Positions 10,020 to 18,650 of a DNA stretch of 32,000 nucleotides are shown one piece after another. The notes beneath the pieces are model-generated. The model worked only from the letters and a program-made list of their open reading frames with translations. It made no database searches and had not been told where the DNA came from. Origin of the DNA: Promethearchaeota archaeon. Its GTDB lineage: Archaea > Asgardarchaeota > Lokiarchaeia > Sigyniarchaeales > Promethearchaeaceae. The translations under genes and the position numbers were made by a program. Position 1 is the stretch's first letter. The number at the start of each line of letters is the position of its first letter. The stretch covers positions 750,001 through 782,000 of the forward strand of contig JAFGBS010000009.1 in the NCBI GenBank assembly GCA_016933055.1, given 5' to 3'.

Positions 10020-10559
10020 ATGAAAGATTGGAAACTGTGGAAGTTAATTGTGCTTTTATTTGGGTCATATTTTGGTCTGAATGCAATATTTGGATTTATT
10101 CTTTATACCGCTACAGGTAATATAGGTGATCTTTTTGGGTCTTCCGATTCTTTTCGATTATGGATTGATATGATTCTAGCTCCGACACTAGCTGCTCCGG
10201 GAATTAAACTCCTTGAAACAGGTTGGGAGGCAAGTATAGACGCATTTTTTGCAACGTTGCTAAATCTGCTTTATTTTATTCCAGGCATAGTAAGTGCAAT
10301 ATTAATCGGATTTTTTGCAAAAAATAGTAAAATCGCTTTTAGAATAGTCTTCTTCTTTTTTATTTTACTTACACTCTTGAATGTAGGATTGTATTTTACT
10401 GGAGCTGTATTTTGGTCACTAGCTTGGGTATACGATTATCTATCATTACCTCTACCAGTTGCAATTCAGTGGATAATATTCTCAGGTTTGATACATAGCA
10501 TATTTCATGGAGGTATAGCTGGACAAATTCGTAACCTTATGAGAAGAAAACAACTATAA
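10020..10559 (+). CDS. Hypothetical integral membrane protein (about 4-5 TM)
   Basis: 179-aa ORF with several hydrophobic segments, co-oriented with the PfkB and GH36 genes. Confidence 0.7.
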   Translation: MKDWKLWKLIVLLFGSYFGLNAIFGFILYTATGNIGDLFGSSDSFRLWIDMILAPTLAAPGIKLLETGWEASIDAFFATLLNLLYFIPGIVSAILIGFFAKNSKIAFRIVFFFFILLTLLNVGLYFTGAVFWSLAWVYDYLSLPLPVAIQWIIFSGLIHSIFHGGIAGQIRNLMRRKQL

Positions 10560-11035
10560 ATTCTAAAAATTCCTTTTTTTTAATCAGCATATATCCTGTA
10601 TCCACCACGTTCATTTAGGCTCCATCTATCATAGTTTTCCCTATCCTCTCTCATCCTATGGTAAGGTCTTACCCAGATGGGATTCGCATAGCGATATCCA
10701 TGGATATAATCGGATATTCATTTCATGGGTACTAGGCACACCTACGGTAAAAGAACCTGTACGGTTGACTCACAGATTGGGTTTTAGCATAGGTCGTACT
10801 GGTTAGAGTTGTAGGTACAAAATTGATTAGTCAAATTCGTCCCAATTCCCTATGTAGTCCGGACTAAGCTAAAAGAATCCACTCTCACTCTCTCGAGCTG
10901 GCTTCTCTTGTAATTTGATAGAACATCGTAAGGTAGGTACTATTTTCTTGAGAGAAAAACGGTAATAATCACTTATCTTTTAAAAAGCATTTAGATTTAG
11001 AGGTCGATTAAAGAAGGAAATTATCAGAATCGATA

Positions 11036-12718
11036 TTAGGAGGGAGGTAATTTCAACAGAATCTCATGTAGATATTTATCGAGTTGCTCCTCCGTAACAG
11101 TTTCTTCACGATTAGCTAATTTTTTTTCCAACGGATCCCGGTGAATCGTGTTCATAGCACAGAAGGGAATTTCTTTCACTCTTGTGGGATCCTCAGGATC
11201 AATTACTCCGTAATGTACAACACAACGCTGAACTCGTTCTAAATCAAAATTGTACGGGTCTTGAAAATGCATGCTTCCTATCATAATATTACGATGTAAC
11301 ATAAATTTTTTCATGGACTGTAATCCTGGTTTAACTAGTAAGCGAAGCGTACTCAATACCAGATTTTTATTTCGCATCATGAATTTTATACCTCCATGAT
11401 AGTATTTAACCGCTCCTACAAGATAATAGAGTTTCAAGACGTGTCTATATATGTAATCGGATTTTTTTATAAGAATTTTAAGAAAGTGTTTAAGGAATCG
11501 AGGAAGGTCTGAAAAATTAAGTTTGAACAACCTAAATGGATGTGGTAAGTCACCTTGTATAGCGATGTCATATACTGCATTAGTGTATTTGATCAAATTT
11601 TCTACATCGATAAAACTTTCGAGGGATTCCCAGTGATTCGAATCATTTAAGACTGCAATTGTCGCAAAACCACAATCATCATGGGATAATAGGACAAATT
11701 TTTCTGCATTATCAAACCACGGCATTAATTGAGTCAATTTCGCAGTCATAGCTAGAGGATAAAATTTCTGTATTTGTCCGTTGGTCACTTTGGATAATTC
11801 TTTCTTCAAATCACTTGTAGTGTAGCGTAAATGATGGAGGTCTTCCATTGTAATCCTTCCCGTTAAAGAAACGGGTTGAAATACCACTGTAGATACAACA
11901 TCACAGTATTGTTTCACAATCTCCAAGATATTTCCCACTTCATGATCATTCACCCCATTTACAATAGTGGGAACCAACACAATTGCATCCATTTTAGCAG
12001 CTCTACAATTCTCTAAAATTTGGATTTTTAATTTACTCAAATCTACTCCTCGCATCTTTATATAAGTGTTAGGTTCGGTTCCATCAAATGAAAGATAAAT
12101 TGCATCTAATCCGCATTTTTTGAGTGCTCTACAATATTCAACACTTTGTGCTAATTTTATCCCATTCGTAGTTAACATAATATGCTCAAAACCGATTTCT
12201 TTTCCAGCGCGAATAATGTTGAATAGGTCATCGCGCAGCGTTGGCTCACCTCCACTGAGCTGTAGCATAGGAGGACGAATGGGGCGTATATTCCGAAAAT
12301 GATGAAAGATTTGTATTATTTCCTCAAAAGTGGGTTCATACACATACCCTTTAACAGCAGAATTCGCAAAACAGACGGGACAATGAAGATTACACCTATT
12401 GGTTAGATCCACTAATGCAATGCATGGAGTTGATAAATGTTTTTCGCACAATCCACACGAATACGGACATCCTTTTTCATTCCTTCTTAATTGATTTGAT
12501 GGTCGTATTGACATATTAGAACGTGAACCAATTTTTTCCGAAAATCCCGTATACCATAAATAATCATCTGGATTAGTCCCCAGTCGATCTTCAAATACAC
12601 CATGAGAAACACATTTCTTTCTCATCAGAATTTCATTTTTCTCTTCATTCCAATAAATCTCAGCATCTATGCATTTCAAACACACAGGACAGATAGAGAT
12701 CGTGCTACGAATATGCAT
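11036..12718 (-). CDS. tes: Radical SAM tetraether lipid synthase (Tes/GDGT-MAS, MJ0619 family) homolog
   Basis: C10xxC13, C36xxH39, C84xxxC88xxC91xxH94, radical SAM C109xxxC113xxC116, GGEPT, FQPVSLTGR, SHDDC349, MHFQDPYNFD, RC499VVHY503 and IPFC520 match the recalled Tes architecture. Confidence 0.82.
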   Translation of the reverse strand: MHIRSTISICPVCLKCIDAEIYWNEEKNEILMRKKCVSHGVFEDRLGTNPDDYLWYTGFSEKIGSRSNMSIRPSNQLRRNEKGCPYSCGLCEKHLSTPCIALVDLTNRCNLHCPVCFANSAVKGYVYEPTFEEIIQIFHHFRNIRPIRPPMLQLSGGEPTLRDDLFNIIRAGKEIGFEHIMLTTNGIKLAQSVEYCRALKKCGLDAIYLSFDGTEPNTYIKMRGVDLSKLKIQILENCRAAKMDAIVLVPTIVNGVNDHEVGNILEIVKQYCDVVSTVVFQPVSLTGRITMEDLHHLRYTTSDLKKELSKVTNGQIQKFYPLAMTAKLTQLMPWFDNAEKFVLLSHDDCGFATIAVLNDSNHWESLESFIDVENLIKYTNAVYDIAIQGDLPHPFRLFKLNFSDLPRFLKHFLKILIKKSDYIYRHVLKLYYLVGAVKYYHGGIKFMMRNKNLVLSTLRLLVKPGLQSMKKFMLHRNIMIGSMHFQDPYNFDLERVQRCVVHYGVIDPEDPTRVKEIPFCAMNTIHRDPLEKKLANREETVTEEQLDKYLHEILLKLPPS

Positions 12719-13210
12719 TTCATATTAGTTATTATTGTTATATATTTATGTCTCACGAAAATAATTCAAAATACCTAAATAAAGGTTCGAGGATGAAGGT
12801 GTATTAATCAAATTAAGATTAGAATGATTTGCCCATAGTTTCATTTTCCTAGTTGGAATACCTTAATTATATCACTATATCCCTCAAACTAGATTATCGA
12901 AAGTCTATTTCCTTTTATATTTCTTCTTGTATAAACTCATATTAATTGTAAACTTCATGATTGTAAGACAATCAACGAAGATGTCATGAAATACCTTTAG
13001 AATAGAATTGTAGGATTCCAGGAACACCTATCCCAAATGAACCTAGCTGTTAAATTTTTCTAAATAGGCTTCTAGCGTAGTTCATGGATGATACGGTTGT
13101 GGGTAGAAAATTCATCAGACAAAAACCACTATTCTGATATTCCATTCAAAACGAGGAGTCAAATTCTATTTTATTGTTAGTATCCTAAAACCTTAATTCT
13201 TCCCTGCTTT

Positions 13211-14227
13211 TTGACATTTATGTTCCAATCGTGGGAGGTTTTCAGTCCTTACCAAACAGGGAGAATTTCTCATGGTTCCACCTTAGCACAATTTCCAAAT
13301 GGTAATCTCATTACTGCATGGTATTCTGGAAGTTCTGAGGGACACTCTGATGTTGGTATATATGCTTCTACCTATAATTTACTTCAAAAATCATGGTCTT
13401 TACCTCGATTAATTGAGAAAAAAAACCAAAAATCCTCAGAGGGAAATCCCGTCTTCTTTTTTGATGATAAAACCGACCGATTATGGTTATTTTGGGTTAC
13501 CATGGATAAACTGATCAATGGACACCTGGGTGGATGGAGTACGTGCCGAATAAAATGTAAACATTCCATGGATTTCGGGAAAACTTGGTCAAAAGTCAGA
13601 TATTTACATAATTCATGGGGATGGATGACACGTAATAAGCCAATTCGTATGTCAAATGGAAATATTATGCTTCCCATCTATATTGAATTATTACGATATA
13701 AATCCACATTTCTTGTTTGTCCTAAAAAATCATTTGAAAAAGGTGCCATAGAGAGTAAATGGGTGAAAATGGCGAATATAGGGGGGGGAGTTCTTCAACC
13801 TACTGTGATTGAACTATCCAAAGGACATTTACTTGCATATCATAGAACAGCGAAACGAAGTTCCATTCGAAAAAGAATCGCAATGTCTGAAAGTGTTGAT
13901 TTTGGTAAAACCTGGAGCCTCGCAATTCCTACTCCCCTCCCCAATCCAAATTCTGGTTCTGACATGGTCAAACTTCGTAATGGAAATATAGTTCTTGCAT
14001 TTAACAATTCTTCCATTGATAGAAGTAACTTGTCGATTGGACTCTCCTACGATAACGGGAATACTTGGTCTTTCATTAAACTGTTAGAAAGAGAAAAAGG
14101 ACAAAGATTTTCCTACCCCGCTATTATAGAAGCATCTGATGAAACAATTTATTGTACCTACACAAATAAGCGAATGAACATAAAATGTGTGAATTTTGAT
14201 CAAGAGTGGATTAGAAGGATTTCTTAA
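13211..14227 (+). CDS. BNR/Asp-box beta-propeller, exo-alpha-sialidase-like
   Basis: Three Asp-boxes (SMDFGKTWS, SVDFGKTWS, SYDNGNTWS), plus TAWYSGSSEG, GNPV, LQPT, LPNPNSG and SYP. The start may be the ATG at 13220. Confidence 0.82.
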   Translation: MTFMFQSWEVFSPYQTGRISHGSTLAQFPNGNLITAWYSGSSEGHSDVGIYASTYNLLQKSWSLPRLIEKKNQKSSEGNPVFFFDDKTDRLWLFWVTMDKLINGHLGGWSTCRIKCKHSMDFGKTWSKVRYLHNSWGWMTRNKPIRMSNGNIMLPIYIELLRYKSTFLVCPKKSFEKGAIESKWVKMANIGGGVLQPTVIELSKGHLLAYHRTAKRSSIRKRIAMSESVDFGKTWSLAIPTPLPNPNSGSDMVKLRNGNIVLAFNNSSIDRSNLSIGLSYDNGNTWSFIKLLEREKGQRFSYPAIIEASDETIYCTYTNKRMNIKCVNFDQEWIRRIS

Positions 14228-14293
14228 ATCATAAATCAAAAATCATAAATTGAACTGATTATTCATCTACAAAATCAGGTGCATGTGAAGTAG

Positions 14294-15385
14294 ATGAGTT
14301 GGAAGGATAAATTTCGAGCAGCAGAAGAAGCAAGAGAGGAAGGTGAGAAAGAACAATATGAAGGTACCTTATATGCTCATTATAAAAACATGAAATGGTG
14401 GCAAACTATTGGAGATGGGTTCAAATTATTAGCAAAAACCTACTTACCCACACTTCTCATTTTTGTTTCTTTAGCTATAGTGTTTTCATTGATATCCACC
14501 TTTATTATGACTGAATATAATTGGAAACTAACGGAAGAGGGTTTCCAATTACAAGTATATATTGATTTATATGGGGATTCGCAAGAAGCATTTGAGAATG
14601 TCTGGCCACAAGAGGCTAAGGACTTTTATTCTCTGTACCGCAGAAAAATTTCAATTAACAATGTAGTGAATTTATTTGTGAATTATTTTTCATTGGTTAT
14701 TGGAGGGATTCTCATTACATCCTACATTTTAGAGATTGCAAAAGGGAAGAAAGTGACAATTTTCGAAACCATAAAACACACCTTTCGGGGAGAGCGTATC
14801 ACTGTAACTTTGTTATCCACTTTAGTGCTAACTATCTTAACAGCAGCCGGGTTTGCATTTTACTTCATATTTGGAATTGTAATGCTTATAATGATTGGTT
14901 TATGTGTTCCCGTACTTGTCGATACAAATTTATCCTTCCGAGATGTACTAAACGACGGATTTAAATTGGGTAAAGAATATCGAATCCGAACGATCATTTT
15001 GATTATAGTTGCGGTATTATTCTTCTCATTTTTTGGTAATTTTCTCGCCAACTTATTTTTCTTAGATTGGACAACTGAAGATAAAATAGGATGGTTAGAT
15101 CCCGCAACAAGAAATTGGGGTATGCTCATTTACGTAAATATGATGAACTTCATAACAACTGCGCTATTTCAACCTATTCTGTTTACTTTTTTGGTATCTC
15201 ATTATCTTGAATTGACCGTTCAAAAAGAAGTGGAGTGGTTTGATTTTTCTCCCCTTGCAAAAAAGAAAATGATTCCTTTAAAAGATTATTTAAAACCCAA
15301 AGATGTTCTTATGAATATTGTCCCCCTTACTATATTCATTATTTTGAGTATTGTGATGACAATTGATTTTTATTTTATATCCTAA
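14294..15385 (+). CDS. Hypothetical polytopic membrane protein
   Basis: 363 aa with about 7-8 hydrophobic stretches and a charged N-terminus. Confidence 0.75.
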   Translation: MSWKDKFRAAEEAREEGEKEQYEGTLYAHYKNMKWWQTIGDGFKLLAKTYLPTLLIFVSLAIVFSLISTFIMTEYNWKLTEEGFQLQVYIDLYGDSQEAFENVWPQEAKDFYSLYRRKISINNVVNLFVNYFSLVIGGILITSYILEIAKGKKVTIFETIKHTFRGERITVTLLSTLVLTILTAAGFAFYFIFGIVMLIMIGLCVPVLVDTNLSFRDVLNDGFKLGKEYRIRTIILIIVAVLFFSFFGNFLANLFFLDWTTEDKIGWLDPATRNWGMLIYVNMMNFITTALFQPILFTFLVSHYLELTVQKEVEWFDFSPLAKKKMIPLKDYLKPKDVLMNIVPLTIFIILSIVMTIDFYFIS

Positions 15386-15418
15386 ATCATTATATTCCAT
15401 TACTTTTTTCTCATCATT

Positions 15419-16498
15419 TTAGAGGGGGTAGTGATGATATAACTTTTCTCGGTAACATTCTAAAACGGGGATTTGACTACTTTCATTTTCTAATTCTGAA
15501 AATAAATTTCGATTGAATGGAGATAAATCACCATTTCCCGTATGTATTTCTTTCCAATATTTAAGAAACATTTCATCTCTGAGTAAGTGATGATCTAGTA
15601 ATGTGAAATCAAAGTTCTGGATGATTTGATGAGTATGACTTATTGATTGTTCCAGGAGATGTATCAGTTTTTGATGTCGTAAAATGTAAGTAATTGGACC
15701 TCCAAGTGCAATAATATGAATTGGATCCAAATATGGGTCAAAATTTTTGTAGATTGCATTTAATTGTTTTTTAATTTTTATAAGTACATCCAGATCGGAG
15801 AATAAGGGCATACCTTGAACATCGGGGAAGAAATAGAAAAACTCATTTTTATGAATGATGATTAGAGGTTGAATGAAAATCTCCTTATGATCCTTTCGAA
15901 TCCCATGTTGGAACTCTCTGGGAAATATGAGATGAGTCTCTCCGATCACTAGGGAATCCGTAATTTCTTTTCGTAATTCTGTGGGAAGATTCCGATAATA
16001 GATTGAAGTATTTCCCAATATCTTATCTACACCGATACGATACGAGAGTATACTATATGCTTCCAAATCCATGTGGAATTTTAGACCTCGTTGTTTTTGA
16101 TTGTAATTTGTGTTGTTTCGATATTGCTTACAGAAAACCATTTTATCCTTATTTCCATATAGACTTTCAAAAATTTTCTTGGAAGTATGGATATATTTTT
16201 TCTCTTCCATGAGTGGTTTAAAATGATCATGATGGTAATGAGAAATAAATATGTGAGTACAATCCTGGCTTTGTCTAATAATTTCATTTGAAAACTGATG
16301 CAGTCTTTCATATTCCAACGGATGAGGGATCTTGTACTGTTTAAATGGACCAAGAGCACATCCTGGATCTAATATGATGTGTATATCTGGTGTTGTGACC
16401 TTGATGCAAAATGACCGAACACCATAACTTTCACTACATATGGGATTTATGGATAAACAACTTGTTAAGAATTCATTCATTTTCCACACAATTTCCAC
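15419..16498 (-). CDS. UPF0282-family metallo-beta-lactamase-fold protein; likely start at 16480
   Basis: ESYGVRS, LDPGCALGP, PHPLE, ISHYHHDH, DVQG and LDHHLLRD. Confidence 0.82.
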   Translation of the reverse strand: MEIVWKMNEFLTSCLSINPICSESYGVRSFCIKVTTPDIHIILDPGCALGPFKQYKIPHPLEYERLHQFSNEIIRQSQDCTHIFISHYHHDHFKPLMEEKKYIHTSKKIFESLYGNKDKMVFCKQYRNNTNYNQKQRGLKFHMDLEAYSILSYRIGVDKILGNTSIYYRNLPTELRKEITDSLVIGETHLIFPREFQHGIRKDHKEIFIQPLIIIHKNEFFYFFPDVQGMPLFSDLDVLIKIKKQLNAIYKNFDPYLDPIHIIALGGPITYILRHQKLIHLLEQSISHTHQIIQNFDFTLLDHHLLRDEMFLKYWKEIHTGNGDLSPFNRNLFSELENESSQIPVLECYREKLYHHYPL

Positions 16499-16835
16499 AA
16501 TTCAATCTAAAAGATTAACATTGAAACGATCAAGAAATTAGACCTTGTTATAATAAAGTTTGAGATTAAGGATAGTATGGTGTACAAAATAATAAAAACT
16601 GTATAAAATCAAGAAAAGTTGGGTGATGAGATTTTTGACTTGGTTTGGAAGATGATGGATAAGACCCTCAACTAAATCGATCTGTAGATTTCTGAAAAGT
16701 TAATTCAATATTTTGGATATTTTACGCTACAATAATATATCGAATAATTGTAAACATCTCTTCTTAAGGATGCTGTAAAAGCTGGCAATACTGAATCCTT
16801 CCTACTCGATAAGGTCTCCATAGTCTTATAGAAAT

Positions 16836-16853
16836 GAGAAAGGCTTATATAAA
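16836..16853 (+). promoter_or_regulatory. Putative BRE-TATA promoter of tRNA-Leu
   Basis: A purine-rich GAGAAAGG is followed by TTATATAAA, ending 34 nt upstream of the mature tRNA 5' end. Confidence 0.5.
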
Positions 16854-16886
16854 TTTAAAAATTAAACAGATTACCAGCAAAAAAAA

Positions 16887-17026
16887 GCAGAGGTAACCAA
16901 GCCAGGTCAAACTCCGAGACCGCTTCAATAAAAATTAATTCCAAAAACGTGGGTCGGAAGGCTAAAGGTGCCGGACTTAAGATCCGGTCTCATAGGAGTT
17001 CGTGTGTTCGAATCACACCCTCTGCA
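16887..17026 (+). tRNA. tRNA-Leu(UAA) with a D-loop intron; exons 16887-16910 and 16966-17026
   Basis: Acceptor GCAGAGG/CCTCTGC with discriminator A, D stem ACC/GGT, anticodon stem CCGGA/TCCGG with loop CT-TAA-GA, variable arm CTC-ATAG-GAG and T arm GTGTG-TTCGAAT-CACAC. Spliced length is 85 nt. No CCA is encoded. Confidence 0.92.
16911..16965 (+). other. 55-nt non-canonical tRNA intron at about position 21/22
   Basis: Removing it restores a standard Leu D-loop (AGCCAGGTCAA-AGGT). The flanks fold into a relaxed bulge-helix-bulge with AA|A bulges on both sides. Confidence 0.8.
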
Positions 17027-17033
17027 TCAAATT

Positions 17034-18614
17034 TTACAATACTTGTCCTTTTGGAACTTTTCCCCCGACATGGTTCACCCATTTCTTCAAAATTTTGTAG
17101 TGTTCGTCGGCTTTTTCCGGATAAACGTTTACAAGATTGACTGTTTCGGATTCATCCTTTCTCAAATCATATAATTCACTTGATCCATCATCAAAAAATT
17201 TGATATATTTATAATTTTCCTTTCGATTTGCGGCTGATGAGCGACCTCCAAGGAAATGAGGTCTTTTTAAAGGATAGTGCCATGAAAGGATCCTTTTTGT
17301 TAGCTTCTCTGCCTTTGGGTCGTCTTTAAGGATTGGAAGGATAGATTTTCCATCAAGTTTGTGACTTTTAGGAATATCATATCCAATTATTTCGGCAAAA
17401 GTTGGATAAAAATCTAGATTAATGGTAGGAAATTCTGTGGTAGAGTTGCGTTTGGTTACTCCTGGATATGATATAATCTGGTTAACACGCAGACCTCCTT
17501 CATAGGTGAAAGACTTTCCTCCACGGAGGTGACCATTTTGAGTTACTCTAGACTCTCCTCCGTTATCACTAGTGAAGACAATAATAGTGTTTTGATCAAG
17601 CTTCAGTTCCTTTAGAATTCTTACAATATCCCCTACTCCGTTATCTATCGACCTTAGCATTGAAGCTAAGACGGGGTTATTCTGGCGAAACCATCTTTTA
17701 CGAATCATAAAGTATTTTCTAATTTTTTTAAAATTTAGGAATTCCTTGAGAATTGAGAAGAATTTATCAATCTCTGCTTTGAAATATAACTTCTCTTTTA
17801 GACCTATCAGATTTTCAGAGGTAAAATTTCGTCTTTTTTTAGAAAAATATTTTATATCCTCTAGTTTAGCGTCTAGAGTCGTATGTACTGCATAATGGCT
17901 TAGATACAGAAAAAATGGCTCGTTTTTATGCCTTTTTATAAATTCTACGGCTTCATAATTCATTCGATCCACTAGATACTCGTTATTTCCTAAAACTGTT
18001 TCAATATTCGGATCAATTTTTGTGTACGGGTGAAAATAACTTCCTCCAGCAATCCCCTTTTGTTCCGAAATTCGAACTTCATCGAATCCGTATTTCTCAG
18101 GTCCAAATTTTACTCCTTTTTTGTCATACCCTGATAAATGCCATTTTCCAATTATACAAGTGAAATATCCAATAATTCTGAACATTTCAGCTAGAGTTAG
18201 GATTTTGGGATTAATTCTAAAATCCGTATCTTCTGGGAGTTCATTATCTGCAAAACCTCCCTTTCCGCTATCGAGTGGGAGAAACCATTCAGAATTTGGT
18301 CGTAGATAATCAGTGATCCCAATACGGGGAGGAGCTTGTCCTGTTAATAAACCTGCTCTGGATGGACTACAAACTGTTGAACTAGCATAAGCATTAGTAA
18401 AACGCATTCCTGTTGCTGCTAGGTTGTCAATATGAGGAGTCTCATTATACCTATTACCATAACAGCCAAGTTCTGCCCATCCAAGATCATCCACAAGGAT
18501 AAAAATGACATTAGGTCTATCCATCTTCTTCTTTTTTCCTACTAATGTTATTGGTTTACTATTTATGAAGAATTCACAAATACTATGTACCATATGTTGA
18601 AAATTCTCCACCAA
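17034..18614 (-). CDS. Sulfatase (formylglycine-dependent, arylsulfatase-like); likely start at 18524 (MDRPNV)
   Basis: PNVIFILVDDLG, CSPSRAGLLTG (CxPxR), GKWHL, FTSDNGG, RGGKSFTYEGGLRV and ELYDL. Confidence 0.92.
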   Translation of the reverse strand: MVENFQHMVHSICEFFINSKPITLVGKKKKMDRPNVIFILVDDLGWAELGCYGNRYNETPHIDNLAATGMRFTNAYASSTVCSPSRAGLLTGQAPPRIGITDYLRPNSEWFLPLDSGKGGFADNELPEDTDFRINPKILTLAEMFRIIGYFTCIIGKWHLSGYDKKGVKFGPEKYGFDEVRISEQKGIAGGSYFHPYTKIDPNIETVLGNNEYLVDRMNYEAVEFIKRHKNEPFFLYLSHYAVHTTLDAKLEDIKYFSKKRRNFTSENLIGLKEKLYFKAEIDKFFSILKEFLNFKKIRKYFMIRKRWFRQNNPVLASMLRSIDNGVGDIVRILKELKLDQNTIIVFTSDNGGESRVTQNGHLRGGKSFTYEGGLRVNQIISYPGVTKRNSTTEFPTINLDFYPTFAEIIGYDIPKSHKLDGKSILPILKDDPKAEKLTKRILSWHYPLKRPHFLGGRSSAANRKENYKYIKFFDDGSSELYDLRKDESETVNLVNVYPEKADEHYKILKKWVNHVGGKVPKGQVL

Positions 18615-18650
18615 TTTCCAACTCTCTTTCGATAGTAATTCTTATCTATA

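Noticed and set aside
10760-10870. Group I intron P7-like pairing (GACT with TAGTCC) or a HEARO/omegaRNA-like motif
   Set aside because: The matches are only 4-7 nt. There is no host gene, no other core elements and no IscB/TnpB.
12781-12801. GGTTCGAGG...AAGGTG resembling part of the 30 kb inverted element
   Set aside because: The match is only about 9 plus 6 nt, and the 15-mer core is absent.
16623-16695. C/D box sRNA candidate (GTGATGA at 16623, CTGA at 16692)
   Set aside because: The internal D'/C' spacing does not give two guides of about 12 nt, and the boxes are too far apart for a typical archaeal sRNA.
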